Source: Octopus bimaculoides (Eukaryota). From it: a stretch of DNA of 56,962 nt. This document shows, piece by piece, positions 11,330 through 23,435 of this stretch. The notes under the pieces are model-generated. The model had not been told where the DNA came from and made no database searches. It was given only the letters and a program-made list of their open reading frames with translations. The stretch is taken from the NCBI RefSeq assembly GCF_001194135.2, contig NC_068988.1, forward strand, positions 74,204,738 through 74,261,699, in the 5' to 3' direction. The translations under genes and the position numbers were made by a program. The first letter of the stretch is position 1. Each line of letters opens with the position of its first letter.

Positions 11330-12881
11330 TTGTTTTACTTGTTTCAGTCATGTGACTGCAGCCATGCTGGAGCACTGCCATTGGTTGAAGAAATCAACCA
11401 CAGGATTTATTCTTTGTAAGCCTAGTACTCATTCTGTCAGTGTCTTTTACCAGACCGCTAAGTTACGAGAATGTAAACACAGCAACATCAGTTGTCAAGC
11501 GATGGTGGAGGTACAAACACAAGACATGCACACACATGNNNNNNNNNNTATATATATATATATATATATATATTAAAATTTGACTGAAGTGTTCAAAATT
11601 TAAATGGAAAGACTATTATTGTTCGATGTGTGTACACCCATACACACTCATGTTCTTCAGTGCGCATATCATAGGATTTCAAAATGCAATTTTTAAAAAT
11701 CATCAGCTAACCCTTTGGCGTTTTCATCGGGTTCAAATGAACCAGAGTGGACGACTACCTCAGAGTTTGGATCAACCCTCGAGTATGGTTTATTTGAATG
11801 GGTTATTACAGCAGAAGCGCCTTGAATACTGCAGTGAATAGGGGTCAGTTGCGGCGGTTTCTCCTCCTCTTGAAAATCACCAGATAAGGTGGGATGGGAA
11901 TTTATTCTCGCCTGTTCTTTGTCTCTTCGGATTCTCGCCTCTTCAGAAATACCTAACGACGCAACCGATTCCGACGATATCGATATATCGTCATCGATTT
12001 CTTCAATACGAGGGTTNNNNNNNNNNNNNNNNNNNNNNNNNNNNNNNNNNNNNNNNNNNNNNNNNNNNNNNNNNNNNNNNNNNNNNNNNNNNNNNNNNNN
12101 NNNNNNNNNNNNNNNNNNNNNNNNNNNNNNNNNNNNNNNNNNNNNNNNNNNNNNNNNNNNNNNNNNNNNNNNNNNNNNNNNNNNNNNNNNNNNNNNNNNN
12201 NNNNNNNNNNNNNNNNNNNNNNNNNNNNNNNNNNNNNNNNNNNNNNNNNNNNNNNNNNNNNNNNNNNNNNNNNNNNNNNNNNNNNNNNNNNNNNNNNNNN
12301 NNNNNNNNNNNNNNNNNNNNNNNNNNNNNNNNNNNNNNNNNNNNNNNNNNNNNNNNNNNNNNNNNNNNNNNNNNNNNNNNNNNNNNNNNNNNNNNNNNNN
12401 NNNNNNNNNNNNNNNNNNNNNNNNNNNNNNNNNNNNNNNNNNNNNNNNNNNNNNNNNNNNNNNNNNNNNNNNNNNNNNNNNNNNNNNNNNNNNNNNNNNN
12501 NNNNNNNNNNNNNNNNNNNNNNNNNNNNNNNNNNNNNNNNNNNNNNGCGATCGTTTGCAATTCGACCTCACTTAATGTATCGTTAATAGATTCACGAATA
12601 CCCGTTTGGCGAGTAAGAATGTCCTTAATTTCTGTACGAAAGGCTAGGCCCTTTCGTAAATACATTTTGCAAACATCGTTTCTTCCATAATAAGGGTTAC
12701 GGACTTTGGTAATGGCTCCCGCTCTAGCTACTTTGGCTTGCGAATCTACATCACATAAAATAAGTTTATATTTTGATGGATAATTATCAACTGAACTCCA
12801 CAGAGTGTCAACTAAAACTGCCTTTGAGGTAATTTTTATTTCACTTACATCGTTTTTCTGAACTACGAGTTCCAGATCATC

Positions 12882-12926
<45 letters not shown>

Positions 12927-13143
12927 CATACATATATGTGTGTGTATATGTATATATATATATATATATAAATATATATATACATACATACATGACAGGC
13001 TTCTTTCAGTTTCTCTTTACATAATCCACTCACAAGATTTTGGTTAGCTCAAGGTTATAGTAGAAGACACTTGCCCAAGGTGTCATGCGGTGGGACTGAA
13101 CCTGGAACTATGTGGTTGGGAAGCAAGCTTCTTACCACACAGC
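11330..13143 (-). mobile_element. SINE split at its internal microsatellite: tail half 11330-11538, head half ~12975-13143
   Basis: The two halves match the contiguous SINE at 9035-9425 and are separated by (TA)n-bounded foreign sequence and a 10-N gap. Confidence 0.75.
11693..12882 (-). CDS. Unassigned open reading frame (5'-incomplete, interrupted by a 530-N gap)
   Basis: About 112 stop-free codons before the gap ([28 protein letters not shown]...) and about 108 after it ([10 protein letters not shown]...GLADDF*), both on the - strand. CpG-rich relative to its surroundings. No domain recognised. Confidence 0.45.
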
Positions 13144-13218
13144 CATTGTAACTATATGCAATTAACACTTGCTACATTATTTGAATCTAGTTTCCATAAG
13201 ATCTTTCTACTGTGTGTG

Positions 13219-13259
<41 letters not shown>

Positions 13260-13294
13260 ATGTGCGTTTGCATGTGTGTGTGTGTACACACACG

Positions 13295-13342
<48 letters not shown>

Positions 13343-13832
13343 GGAGAGTATTGTAGTTCGCTTGAAGTATTGTGTATTATTTGTAAAGAATAAAAAGTTT
13401 TGAATGGTACAACAATGCACTATAATACAAAAAAATGGACTATATACCTGTTGTAATTTAGTTATCCATAGTCCGATGATATTTCGGAACGCAAATCCTT
13501 CTTCAGATATTCTTAGATGGAGTCGCTGTTATAATCTGTTTTCCAATGGCTTTTCTTTTTTCAGAAGCGTTTTAGTAGTGGTCTCACGAAGCTCCTTTCG
13601 GAATTCCTCATAAGAAGTGCGTGAGGTCAGCTATGTCTCAATCTCGTGTGTAGTACATCTGTAGCGCTGCTTCTAAGTTATGTATTATACATGCAGCTTC
13701 TAAGTTATGTATTATACATGCAGCTTCCTTTCTTTTTCCCTTTTTTACTCTTCTCTTTTTTTTGTTATAAGCAATAGATGAGCATATCAAAAATGAACCT
13801 ACATGCATCCAGATGTAGCTAAATAATATATT

Positions 13833-15089
13833 TGTAAGGAACGACCGTGCGAACTCAAAAAAGGAGAAATGGTGACGAATGGTAAAACAGAGGACTCCTT
13901 TTATTTAAACGTGTCACACGGTCGAACACACAATAATATATATATCAATGGATGATATACATGATATGCTATGCGACGATAACATAGATGACCAGTAATG
14001 AAAGACCACAACCGTATTAGATGAATAACAGAGATATTTATTATGGCGTTAAAGATGTATGTCTGTGTGAGAGTGTGAATGCGACATATAATAACATAAT
14101 CAAAGACAGGCCGTCATACAAAGAAAAGTATGTATGTGAGTGATACATGTATGTGTATGTGTATTATTACAGCAGATAGAAAGAGAGTCAATAACACGAG
14201 AGCAATTATACCAGTTCTTGGGTACACAATAATATGNNNNNNNNNNNNNNNNNNNNNNNNNNNNNNNNNNNNNNNNNNNNNNNNNNNNNNNNNNNNNNNN
14301 NNNNNNNNNNNNNNNNNNNNNNNNNNNNNNNNNNNNNNNNNNNNNNNNNNNNNNNNNNNNNNNNNNNNNNNNNNNNNNNNNNNNNNNNNNNNNNNNNNNN
14401 NNNNNNNNNNNNNNNNNNNNNNNNNNNNNNNNNNNNNNNNNNNNNNNNNNNNNNNNNNNNNNNNNNNNNNNNNNNNNNNNNNNNNNNNNNNNNNNNNNNN
14501 NNNNNNNNNNNNNNNNNNNNNNGTCACCTAACAGAATCGAAGAGAGAGATGTGCCGCGGAGGTTTGGTTTGGTGTACATAGTAAGTCGTGTTGACGCTGG
14601 TGGTGTAGAGGCTGCTTGGTAGTAATCGTGTTGGTCATGACGATGATGCTGGATAGTAGTCGTAGACTCTTGTTGCTGATGTGGCGACGGCGGTGGTCAT
14701 CGTTGGCTGGACGAAGCTGTTGAAGTGGTCGCTGGCTACTTGTTGCTGCTGCTGTCGTGTGGTACACGGAACAGATCTCAAAGAGAAACTGGACCGAGAC
14801 AAATTTGGTGGGTATGAGTTGATCTATTTATAGAGTATATCAGAAATATACTCTATCACGTGACCTTATTAAGGGCTGTGATTGGTCAGTTTGCGTTCTG
14901 GCTGGAACGGTTCGAAGAAGTTGCCGATTCGAATAATGATCAGTCACGTGATGACAAGGAATGGGTTCTCTACTACGCTCACATTTATTTATATTTAAAT
15001 GAGAAGATTGTATGTAATGGCGATAGTAGTTTTGTATCTAATGGCGATAGGTAGTTTTGTATCTAGTGACGATAGGTAGTTTCACTACA
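13833..15089 (-). mobile_element. Solo LTR (~1.25 kb including a gap) with 4-bp TSD
   Basis: TGT...ACA termini with TATT on both sides (13829-13832 and 15090-15093). Removing it gives TGGTAATCAATATATTATTTAGCTAC on the - strand, identical to the uninterrupted copy near 16720. - strand promoter: CCAAT (14881-14885), CACGTG (14857-14862), TATAAATA (14825-14832). Confidence 0.85.
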
Positions 15090-17026
15090 TATTGATTACC
15101 AACCTCCAGCCTGTTGTTAATATGGGGTCCTAGTCTGTGTATGAGTAAAGCTTCCTTAATTCTTAAATTACCCAAATTTCTCTCATTGGCCTCAATTGTG
15201 ACTGTTATGCTTTTGTCAGTGTTCCGGCATCTGTCTAGATGCTTTCTGAAGGAGGAGGTTCTCGTGTTCAGATGTTCTTTGATATAGACGTCTAATGGTC
15301 TTGTTGTGCTACCAACATAGAACTTGTTGCATTTGTTACATTGTATTCTATACACAGCATTTACTCGTTGGCATAAATCTGTGTCACGGATGGGACAATT
15401 TGTTAATGTGCATTGATTGTTGTCCCTTATTAGTTTCTTTGCGAGATGTCCTCTCAGAGAGGGGCCGGAGTGGGCTAGTTGTATGTCTAGCCCTTCTCTT
15501 CTTATGGCTCTTCAGATGGCTGTAGTTATCCTCTCACTAAAATGGGGTATTTTAAGGAAGCATGTGTTGCTGGGTTTTCTATGTGTTCGGTGTGTTGGTC
15601 GTCTTGGGCACTTAAGCCAATTTACAATGGATCTAGGATACCCGTTGGTTTTCAATATATCTAGGAAGCGTGTAGTGTGGATCACCTTGTCCTCCATTCT
15701 GCTGCATTTGCCTTGGATGCGTGCAAGTTCATTTCTGGCGTATCCTATTTTGGCACCGAGTGGAAGTGCTGAATTGTATTGAACAAACATATCTCTACTG
15801 GCTGCTTTCCTGTAGAACTTGGTGTGTATCTCCCCTTCTTCTGTTATATTCAATTTGAAGTCAAGTAATGATAGTGATCCAGTGATGTCAGGATGTTCTA
15901 TAGTGAACTTTATGTTCATGTCCATGTTATTGAATGTCGTTAATATTCTCTCGGCCTCTTCACGGAAGGTTGAGTATGAAGATGTCATCTACGTACCTGG
16001 TGAAGAAGGCACATGAGCGGCAGATGTTGAGTGCTCGACATTCCAGATGGTTCATATAAGTGATGGCTAGTAGGCCCGAGAGACTGGATCCCATGGGGAG
16101 ACCTGTTGTCTGTTTGTATATATGGTCCTGGAAAGTGAAGTAGGTGTTGTCCACGATGATGGACAAAAGTTAGTGTATATCAGCTGCGGTAAGTCTGAAG
16201 CATTGGATGTTGGGCGCTATTATGCAGTCAGTCAATAGGTTGACCGCCGAGTGGGCTGGCACCATTGTGTACATTGAGAGAACGTCAAAACTAAAGGCAT
16301 ATCTGTTTTGCCTGAGTTGATCTAGGGGTAATTAGTGCAGTCTTTTGATGACTTTGTTAGAGTTCTTGACGTGTCCCGAAAAGGTGGCGAGTATGGGTTT
16401 CAGGATATGAGAAAGTAGCCAGGATATTTTATATAGAGGTCTTTCAACACTGGAGACAATGGGTCTAATCTGGATCGTGTTGCTAGTCTTGTGTGTTTTA
16501 ATGAGGTGATAAAATCTGGGTAATCTACTGTTCTTTGTGATGAAGTTGTTCTTGAATTTATTATGTATTTGTCTCCGTCTACAGATGTCTGTCCATGCGG
16601 TGTTAATTCATCCTCAATCCTGGTCGCAGTTATATCTGTCACTTCAGAATATAGTCTGTCATTGCTTAAATGTTCTTGTGCCAGTCTATCATATATTTCA
16701 CAAGAAACCACGCAGAGATTGGTAATCAATATATTATTTAGCTACATCTGGATGCATGTAGGTTCAATTTTGATATGCTCATCTATTGTTTATAACAAAA
16801 AAAAAAAGAGAAGAGGAAAACAAAGGGGGGAAAAAACGAAGCTGCACGTATAATACATAACTTAGAAGCAGTGTTACAGATGTACCAACACACACGAGAT
16901 TGAGACATATCCGACCTCACGCACTTCTCATGAGGAATTCCGGAAGGAGCTTCGTGAGACCACTACTGAGGCACTTCCGAAAAAAAGAAAACTGTTAGAA
17001 AACAGTTTATAGCAGAGACTCCACCT

Positions 17027-17070
17027 AAGAATATCTGAAGAAGGAATTGTATTCCGAAATATCATCGGAC
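17027..17070 (+). ncRNA. Minimal hammerhead-ribozyme-like motif in the Penelope pLTR (second copy on the - strand at ~13471-13510)
   Basis: CTGAAGA (17035-17041), stem GGAAT/ATTCC, GAAA-TA-TC. Stem I is only about 2 bp, so activity is doubtful. Confidence 0.45.
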
Positions 17071-18519
17071 TATGGATAACTAAATTACAACAGGAATATA
17101 GTCCATTTTTTTGTGTTATAGTGCATTGTTGTACCATTCAAAACTTTTTATTCTTTATATATATATATATATATGTATATGTTTGTATGTATGTACTTCT
17201 CACATCTTGGATGTTTCTCAGGGCAAGAATGGTAGGACCAAAAGAGTGTCTAGGCACCTGAAACAATTAGTGAAACCATAGTATATGTTCTCAAGTCATA
17301 CTTGCTCATGAGTGATGGTTGAGTGAACTTTGTACTTTGCTTAAATGTAAGCATACAATATTTATTACTGTAAAATAATTCTAGACTTCAATGGAAGTAC
17401 TGTAATGTCAGCTGTACTGACACTCAAATTCAGATTATATATAGTGTGTGTGTGAGAGGGGGGGAGGCAGAGAGAGAATTTCTTTTCATTTACCTAGAAG
17501 TGATAAATTACAGAGCTCACTACATAAATGTAGAGTATTCTTTAATGCATCATAACTGAAAGGCTCATAAATCCATTTCTCCAAGTTTCATGTTTCTGAT
17601 TATTCATCTGATAATCCAAGCCTTTTTTCTCTCAAATCCAATAATCTCATCTTATATTCATCATCATTTAACATCTATATTTCATGATGGCATAAGCTGG
17701 ACAGTTTGATATGATCTGATGGTTCTAAAGACTGCATTGCACTCAGTGTCTGCTTTGGTATGATTTCTATAGCTAGATGATCTTCCTTTACTACTTTACA
17801 GTGTGTACTGGGTGCTATTTTAATGGCACCAGGACTAGTGAGGTCACAAGACAGCCTACAAGACTAAGATCCCCTTGGCAGTGGATTTATGCTACTGGAT
17901 AAGAGAAAGAGAGAAAGGGACAGAACAGAACAGGTTTCTTGCATTAAAGGAGCAACACAGTTACTCACATTATTGAAGAGAGGTCAGGAGTGTCCAGGAT
18001 AGAGTTGGAAGGAGATAAAATAGTGATGATTATGTGTTAGACTGGGGATTCTAAGTACAAGGTGAGTAGAAGTGAGTGAAACAGAACAGGGAGGACAGGT
18101 GGGTAGAGGTATGAAAGAGTGAAGGATGGTTAGAAACTGGGAATGGATGAGGGTTGAACATAATGAAGAGCAGGTGTTGAGATGTTAAGTAGGAACGGTA
18201 AGGAGAATTGGTAACAACAGTAGAAATTGGGCAGAATTGAAGTGGGTTGAGGGTGACTAACAGGGGAAACATGTGGTGGTGGAGGAGTGATAATTTAGTG
18301 GCTCAGGAAGGAGATCAATATAAACTGTTGGGGGAGAAAACAGTGTTAGGAATGAAAGATGGATAACAAGTGAAACGCTTCTAGATAGTAAAAGGGGTAA
18401 GTGGTATAAAAGAAAAGCTGGTGAAGTATGCAGTTTTTGTTCATTTAATTACTGCTGCAGAATATGGCAGTTAGAGAAACAATGAGAAGTGGAAATGTTT
18501 TGAGGAGAAAATTAGGCAG

Positions 18520-20380
18520 GGGAAGGGCAATTGTGCAGATACATACTGTGCCCTCTAAATCTCCGTTTCACCAAATTGGGCTGGTCTTCTCAAGTGCTGC
18601 ATGTCACCAGTTTCCCCCTGTTCCTTTGTCATACCTCCAAGAGGCTCAAGATCCTGAGATTAGCCTTCACCAATTCATCCCATGTCTTCTTGGGTTTCTC
18701 TTTTCTGCAAGCTCCATCCATATTAAGTGTGGCACTTCTCAAACAGCTGTCCTCATCCACACACATCACATATCCATGCCAGCATAGTGGGTGGGGAGGT
18801 GCACTATATCTGATTCCTCTTAAACCCAGTTTTTCTCTCAGTACTTTGTCATTCATGCACACTTATATTGCGCATCCAGTAGAGCATGCTTGCTTCATTT
18901 CTTTCCAGTTTTCTCAAGTCCTCTGCATTCAAGACACATGTCTTGTTACTGTGCAGCATTGCAGTTTTAACACAAGCATTATACAATCTGCTTTTCACTC
19001 TAAGAGAGAAAAAGACCTTTGTTGCCAGCAGTGGTAGAAGCTCCTTGAATTTTTTTCCAACCTGCTCTTACCCTTTTTACTATACTTTCTGAACAGTAGC
19101 CTTCCTTGGTAATTACATCCCCTGGATAATAAATAACATTGACTACTTCTAGTGAGCCATCCAGGTATTAAAGAGAATCTATTTCTGGAATGCTTATAGT
19201 ATGTACTGCTCAAGAACATCTGTCATAAATGAAGCTTACTTTCTCTGTTGTCTGTCTGTAATTCCTCTCCATCAATTATGTGTCCATAGTTTACATTGCA
19301 CACTACATATGGCATTTATACATACTTCTTTTTTACATATTGAGCTAGGCCATTGCCCTGAAGATACTAGAGTCTTATCTTCTTTCTTACTCACCTTTGT
19401 CTTTGCTAAATTTACTTTGAGGCCTCTTGATTCTAGGTTTACCTCTCTAATTTTCTTATAGATTTGGTTCTAAGAACTATATGACCAGCATATAAGAGTT
19501 CCTATGGACAGCCAATCTTAAACTCCTCTGTGATAGCCTGTAAGACTATGATGAATAAGAGGGGACTAAGGACTGAAGCTTGATGGACTCATACCCTCAC
19601 ATCAAATTCATCAGTAAAATTGCTTTTGATTCTCACTTTACTTACTGCATCTTTGTACACAGCTTGTACAGCCCTCTTAACCAATCCCTTTAAACATCAT
19701 TTCGTCAGTGACCACCAAACTACTGAACGTGGTACCTTGTCAAACGCCTACTACAAGTCAACAAAAACTAGGAAAATCCATTTATTCTCAGCCAAATATT
19801 CTCTTGCAGGTGCCTCACCAAGAAGATTGCATATGTGGTACCACTTTCGGGCACAAAGGCAAACTGCATTTCATCTAGAGCTACTCTGACATGGATCAGT
19901 TATGTTATAACTCCCTCTGTGACTTTCATAACCTGATCCAATAGTTTGATTCCTCTATAAATGCTTCTCTCTAAGGCATCTCCTTTGTCTTTTTAGTAGT
20001 TTACAATGATACTGTTATGCAGCCATTAGATATGACACCTTCTTGTATAACCTGATTAACTATCCAGATGGTAATCATGTGTTCTACCTCATCAGATATT
20101 TTGAGCATCTCTGCAACTAACCTTGGTGAATCTGCAGCTTTCCCTCTCTTCATGTCCTCAACCACTTTATTTAGCATGTTTCAGTCAACTTGAGTTTTTG
20201 GCCTCTTTGTAGTTCAAGTTGAGGTTGCCCCTCTTTATCCCATTTGTTATCCACATACAGCAACATTTCATAATAGCACTTTCTACATCATTATCTTGTC
20301 TTTCATATCAATGAAGAGCATGTCTTCATCATTCCATATAACTTCTCAGCAATAACATTTCAGTTCCCTCCACACATATT
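18520..20380 (-). mobile_element. RTE LINE fragments
   Basis: Reverse-strand RT-region pieces, including LREKLGLRGI...WHGYVMCVDEDSCLR...KPKKTWDELVK, interleaved with GA-rich debris. Confidence 0.7.
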
Positions 20381-20895
20381 TCGCAATCCTGTGCACTTCA
20401 CATCTCTGATTTTTAATGTTGCAGGACATGAATTGTTTGAATATATTTTGAAATATTATATAAAAGTTATAAAGAAAATATTAATCTTATGCTATTTTAA
20501 AAAGATCATGCAAGTGACAATATTTTAACGTTTTTTAAAATTATTTTCAAGAGAATACCATTACAAAAATTTTTTTTGGCATATTTGAAAAATATTCTAA
20601 AGTGAGAATGACTTTAAAAATGCGATAGATATTTTGTAAAAGACCCGTTCGTAACCTCAGTATGGAATAGTTTTTTCGAGTGCATTCAATGTATCTCCTC
20701 TTCAATGATTTGGCTGCTGTTTCTAGTACGCTCTGCTCCACATAACACTTATTTGCTATAAAGGACCCGAAATACCTGTTACGTGGTAGCAGGGCATGCA
20801 AGAAATAACAGCCAAATCTTTCCAAACTACAAAACAAAACTCTGTTGCTGGGAAACTTAGTTTCCCAGTGACCCACCTGGTCACGGATAGTCCAG

Positions 20896-20926
<31 letters not shown>

Positions 20927-20957
20927 GTATTTATGTATGTATGTATGTATAAGGCAC

Positions 20958-21380
20958 AAGTGTGGCTGCATGGTAGGAAGTTTCCTTCCCAACTATATGG
21001 TCCCAAGTTCAGTCTCACTATGTGACACCTTGGCCAAGTGACTCCTACTATAGACTTGAGCTGACCAAAACCTTGTGAGTGGGTTTAGTGGATGGTGGAA
21101 ATAAGTCCATTGCGTGTGTATGTGTATGTATGTGTGCGTATCTGTGTGTGTGTGTGTGTGTGTGTGTACTTGCATGTCTTTGTGCTGGTGTTTGTCCCCC
21201 ACTGCCATTTGGCAACTGGTGTTGGTGTGTTTACGTCCCTGTAACTTAGCCGTTTGACAAAAAAGACCGAGAATAAGTACCTGGTTTAAAAGTGGTGGGG
21301 TTGATTAGTTCTCCTAAACCCTTCAAAGTGGAGCCTCAGCATGGTTGCAACCTAATGACTGAAACAAATAAAAGATAAAG
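20958..21380 (+). mobile_element. tRNA-derived SINE, near full length
   Basis: Head AAGTGTGGCTGCATGGTAGG...GGTCCCAAGTTCAGTCTC, internal (TG)n and tail ...AATGACTGAAACAAATAAAAG; same family as 9035-9425. Confidence 0.8.
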
Positions 21381-21389
21381 AGAGGATTT

Positions 21390-22460
21390 AGGAATTAAGG
21401 AAGTCCAGACAAATACCTCAGTGAGCACTCTATGCATAAAACTTGGTTAACAAAACGTCAATGAAAGAAAATCAGAATCCATATTCAGTATGTGATGAGA
21501 TATTATATGCACAAAGAGTGGTAATACCTGAAGCGCTGCAATACAGAGTATTAAAAGACTTCCGTGTAGGACATCTGGGGATTGTCCAGATGAAGAGCCT
21601 CATGAGGAGTTACATTTATTGGCCAAATATGGACAAGCAAATTGAGAGACTGCATTTCGTTTGTATATGCCCAATTTTACCACACTTAAAACATGTTTTA
21701 TCTTTGAAGGGACAATCTTTCCTCAAATGTCAGTCTCCACAACCATTGCACCGTTTTGAATTTATATATTTTCTTCTATCTGTACTTTCTTTATGCATTT
21801 GTACATTCTTATTATTGTCTTCTATTTTTCTTGTATCATCTTGAAGATTTATTATTTGTTGGCATTCCTCAGCCACTTTCTGCAAGGTTAGTTTCACATC
21901 TTGATTCAGCTTTGATAATATTCTTTTTCTAATTTATGCATCTTCCATTGCCACCTTTAATGAATATTAGGCACTTGAACATATCTGGCGTTAATTCTTC
22001 CAGCTTGAACCTTTCGCAAGCCTTATTAACCATACCAGCATATGTTACAAAATCTTCGGACTCGTTTTTCTTTAGGTTTAAACATCTCCACCGAATGTTA
22101 AACTGCGAACTTTTCTTGCTAAAAATATTAGTCAAAATATTTATCGTTTCATCAAAACACAATTCCGCGGGCTTTCTCAGCAAAATAAAGTTACAAAAAC
22201 TTAAGCTTTCGCAAAAGAAGTCTTACCTTCCTTTCACTAGACCATCCCTTACATTCCTCTCTGAATATGCCTTTGTATCGTCTGTAAGATGCAGTAAAAG
22301 TAGTTCCTTCATCCAGTTTGTAGTGAAATTCTTCGATGGAATTTGCAACACCGTCCGCTGAAAAGGATTCTGTCATATTTCTCGACTGCAGTAACAATTC
22401 TGTTAACATATGTAGTTGCTGCTGTTGCTGCTCTTGTTGTTTGACAACTACTTTCATCTT
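21390..22460. mobile_element. Rearranged Gypsy fragments: integrase Zn-binding region (+, ~21390-21650) abutting gag (-, ~21655-22460)
   Basis: + strand QRVVIPEALQYRVLKDFRVGHLGIVQMKSLMRSYIYWPNMDKQIE. - strand gag ANSIEEFHYKLDEGTTF..YRRY...KVRLLLRKL...FNIRWRCLNL, with zinc knuckles (CFKCGKIGH). Confidence 0.85.
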
Positions 22461-22790
22461 GCTTGCATGTGTCCCCTACTTCTGCAGTTATAACATATTG
22501 GCAGTCTCCCCTCCACCACAACTCTCAGTCGAGTCTCATCGCGGAGTACCAACTCTTCCACTATTTTATGTAAATCTGGCAGGGTTATGTGGATCATGAC
22601 TTCCAGGCCATAACTCCACCAGTTGATCTCTCTTGACTTTTCCACTTTTAACACCTCCACTTCATCTTCACAGTTGTAGAGGATGGCTGCCACCAGCCAT
22701 TCCTCGTCTATCTCCGGGGGCACTCTCTTTATTCTAACTCTTGCGGCACACTTCCCGCAGTAAGTCAGTAAGAGTGCCCACTTTGCTGTT
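22454..22790 (-). mobile_element. LINE ORF1-like fragment with a CCHC zinc knuckle
   Basis: ...LRVVVEGRLPICYNCRSRGHMQAR* resembles L1/Tx1-type ORF1; the last Cys is replaced by a stop. Confidence 0.55.
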
Positions 22791-22799
22791 CTTCAATGA

Positions 22800-23386
22800 C
22801 TAGCTTTCACATCCACTATTTATACATATTGGACTAGCTTACTTATCGTCTGGGAGCATCCACACAACAAATACATTCATAAACACCAACTCAAGGAATA
22901 CTAGTGGAATATTCCCAACAAAACTTCTGTCAAATGTAAACATAACAAGCTAGATATTGTTGTTTGGGACAGAGGGGCAAAGGTATGTACCATCATAGAG
23001 GTCAGCTGCCCTGCAGATATAAATGTCTATTTGAAAATCAAAGAGAAAGAGGATATTTATGGACAACTGCTTCGAAACCTTCAGTTTCTATATCCAGACT
23101 ATGAATTCATATTCATACCAATAATAATTGGAGCACTAGGTTTTGTTAGTAAATGCTTAAAGGAGCATCTGGATAAACTGGGATTTTCAGAAAGAGAAAT
23201 TGGCCAGCTGATTCGTACATTACAAGTGCAGTCTGTGAGTTGAACAGTAAAAATATGCAAGACTTTTCTCAAGTTCCAAATGTGAATTTGTTTGTGTTAA
23301 CTACATTCCAAATATGGAGCCTTGTATCTTTGTTGGAAACAGGTTCCCTCCTCAGTGGAAGATTTATAATAAAATATAGAAGAGAC
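22800..23386 (+). mobile_element. R4/Dong-like non-LTR retrotransposon 3' fragment (restriction-like endonuclease)
   Basis: DIVVWDRGAKVCTIIEVSCPADIN...EKEDIY..L...IPIIIGALG is a PD-(D/E)xK REL domain; it is followed by (CATA)n. Confidence 0.8.
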
Positions 23387-23435
23387 ATACATACATACAT
23401 ACATACATACATACATACATACATACATACATACA

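Larger units (their letters stand above)
13357..17157 (-). mobile_element. Penelope-like retroelement: 5' inverted pLTR, truncated RT, GIY-YIG, 3' pLTR; interrupted by a solo LTR
   Basis: RT KQTTGLPMGSSLSG...FTRYVDDIF (15960-16166) and thumb NIKFTIE..SLLDFKL (15512-15988); GIY-YIG MYRIQCNKCNKFYVGSTTR...EH (15038-15355). 13357-13832 is an inverted copy of ~16710-17157. Confidence 0.92.

Noticed and set aside
11605-11665. Hammerhead-like CTGAAGA + hairpin in the trailer of the unassigned ORF (- strand)
   Set aside because: It is followed by GAAC rather than GAAA, and no stem I pairing is possible; likely chance.
20385-20895. Possible Tc1/pogo-type MITE ending ...GGTCACGGATAGTCCAG-TA
   Set aside because: Only one plausible TIR was found and there is no coding remnant; not enough support to annotate.
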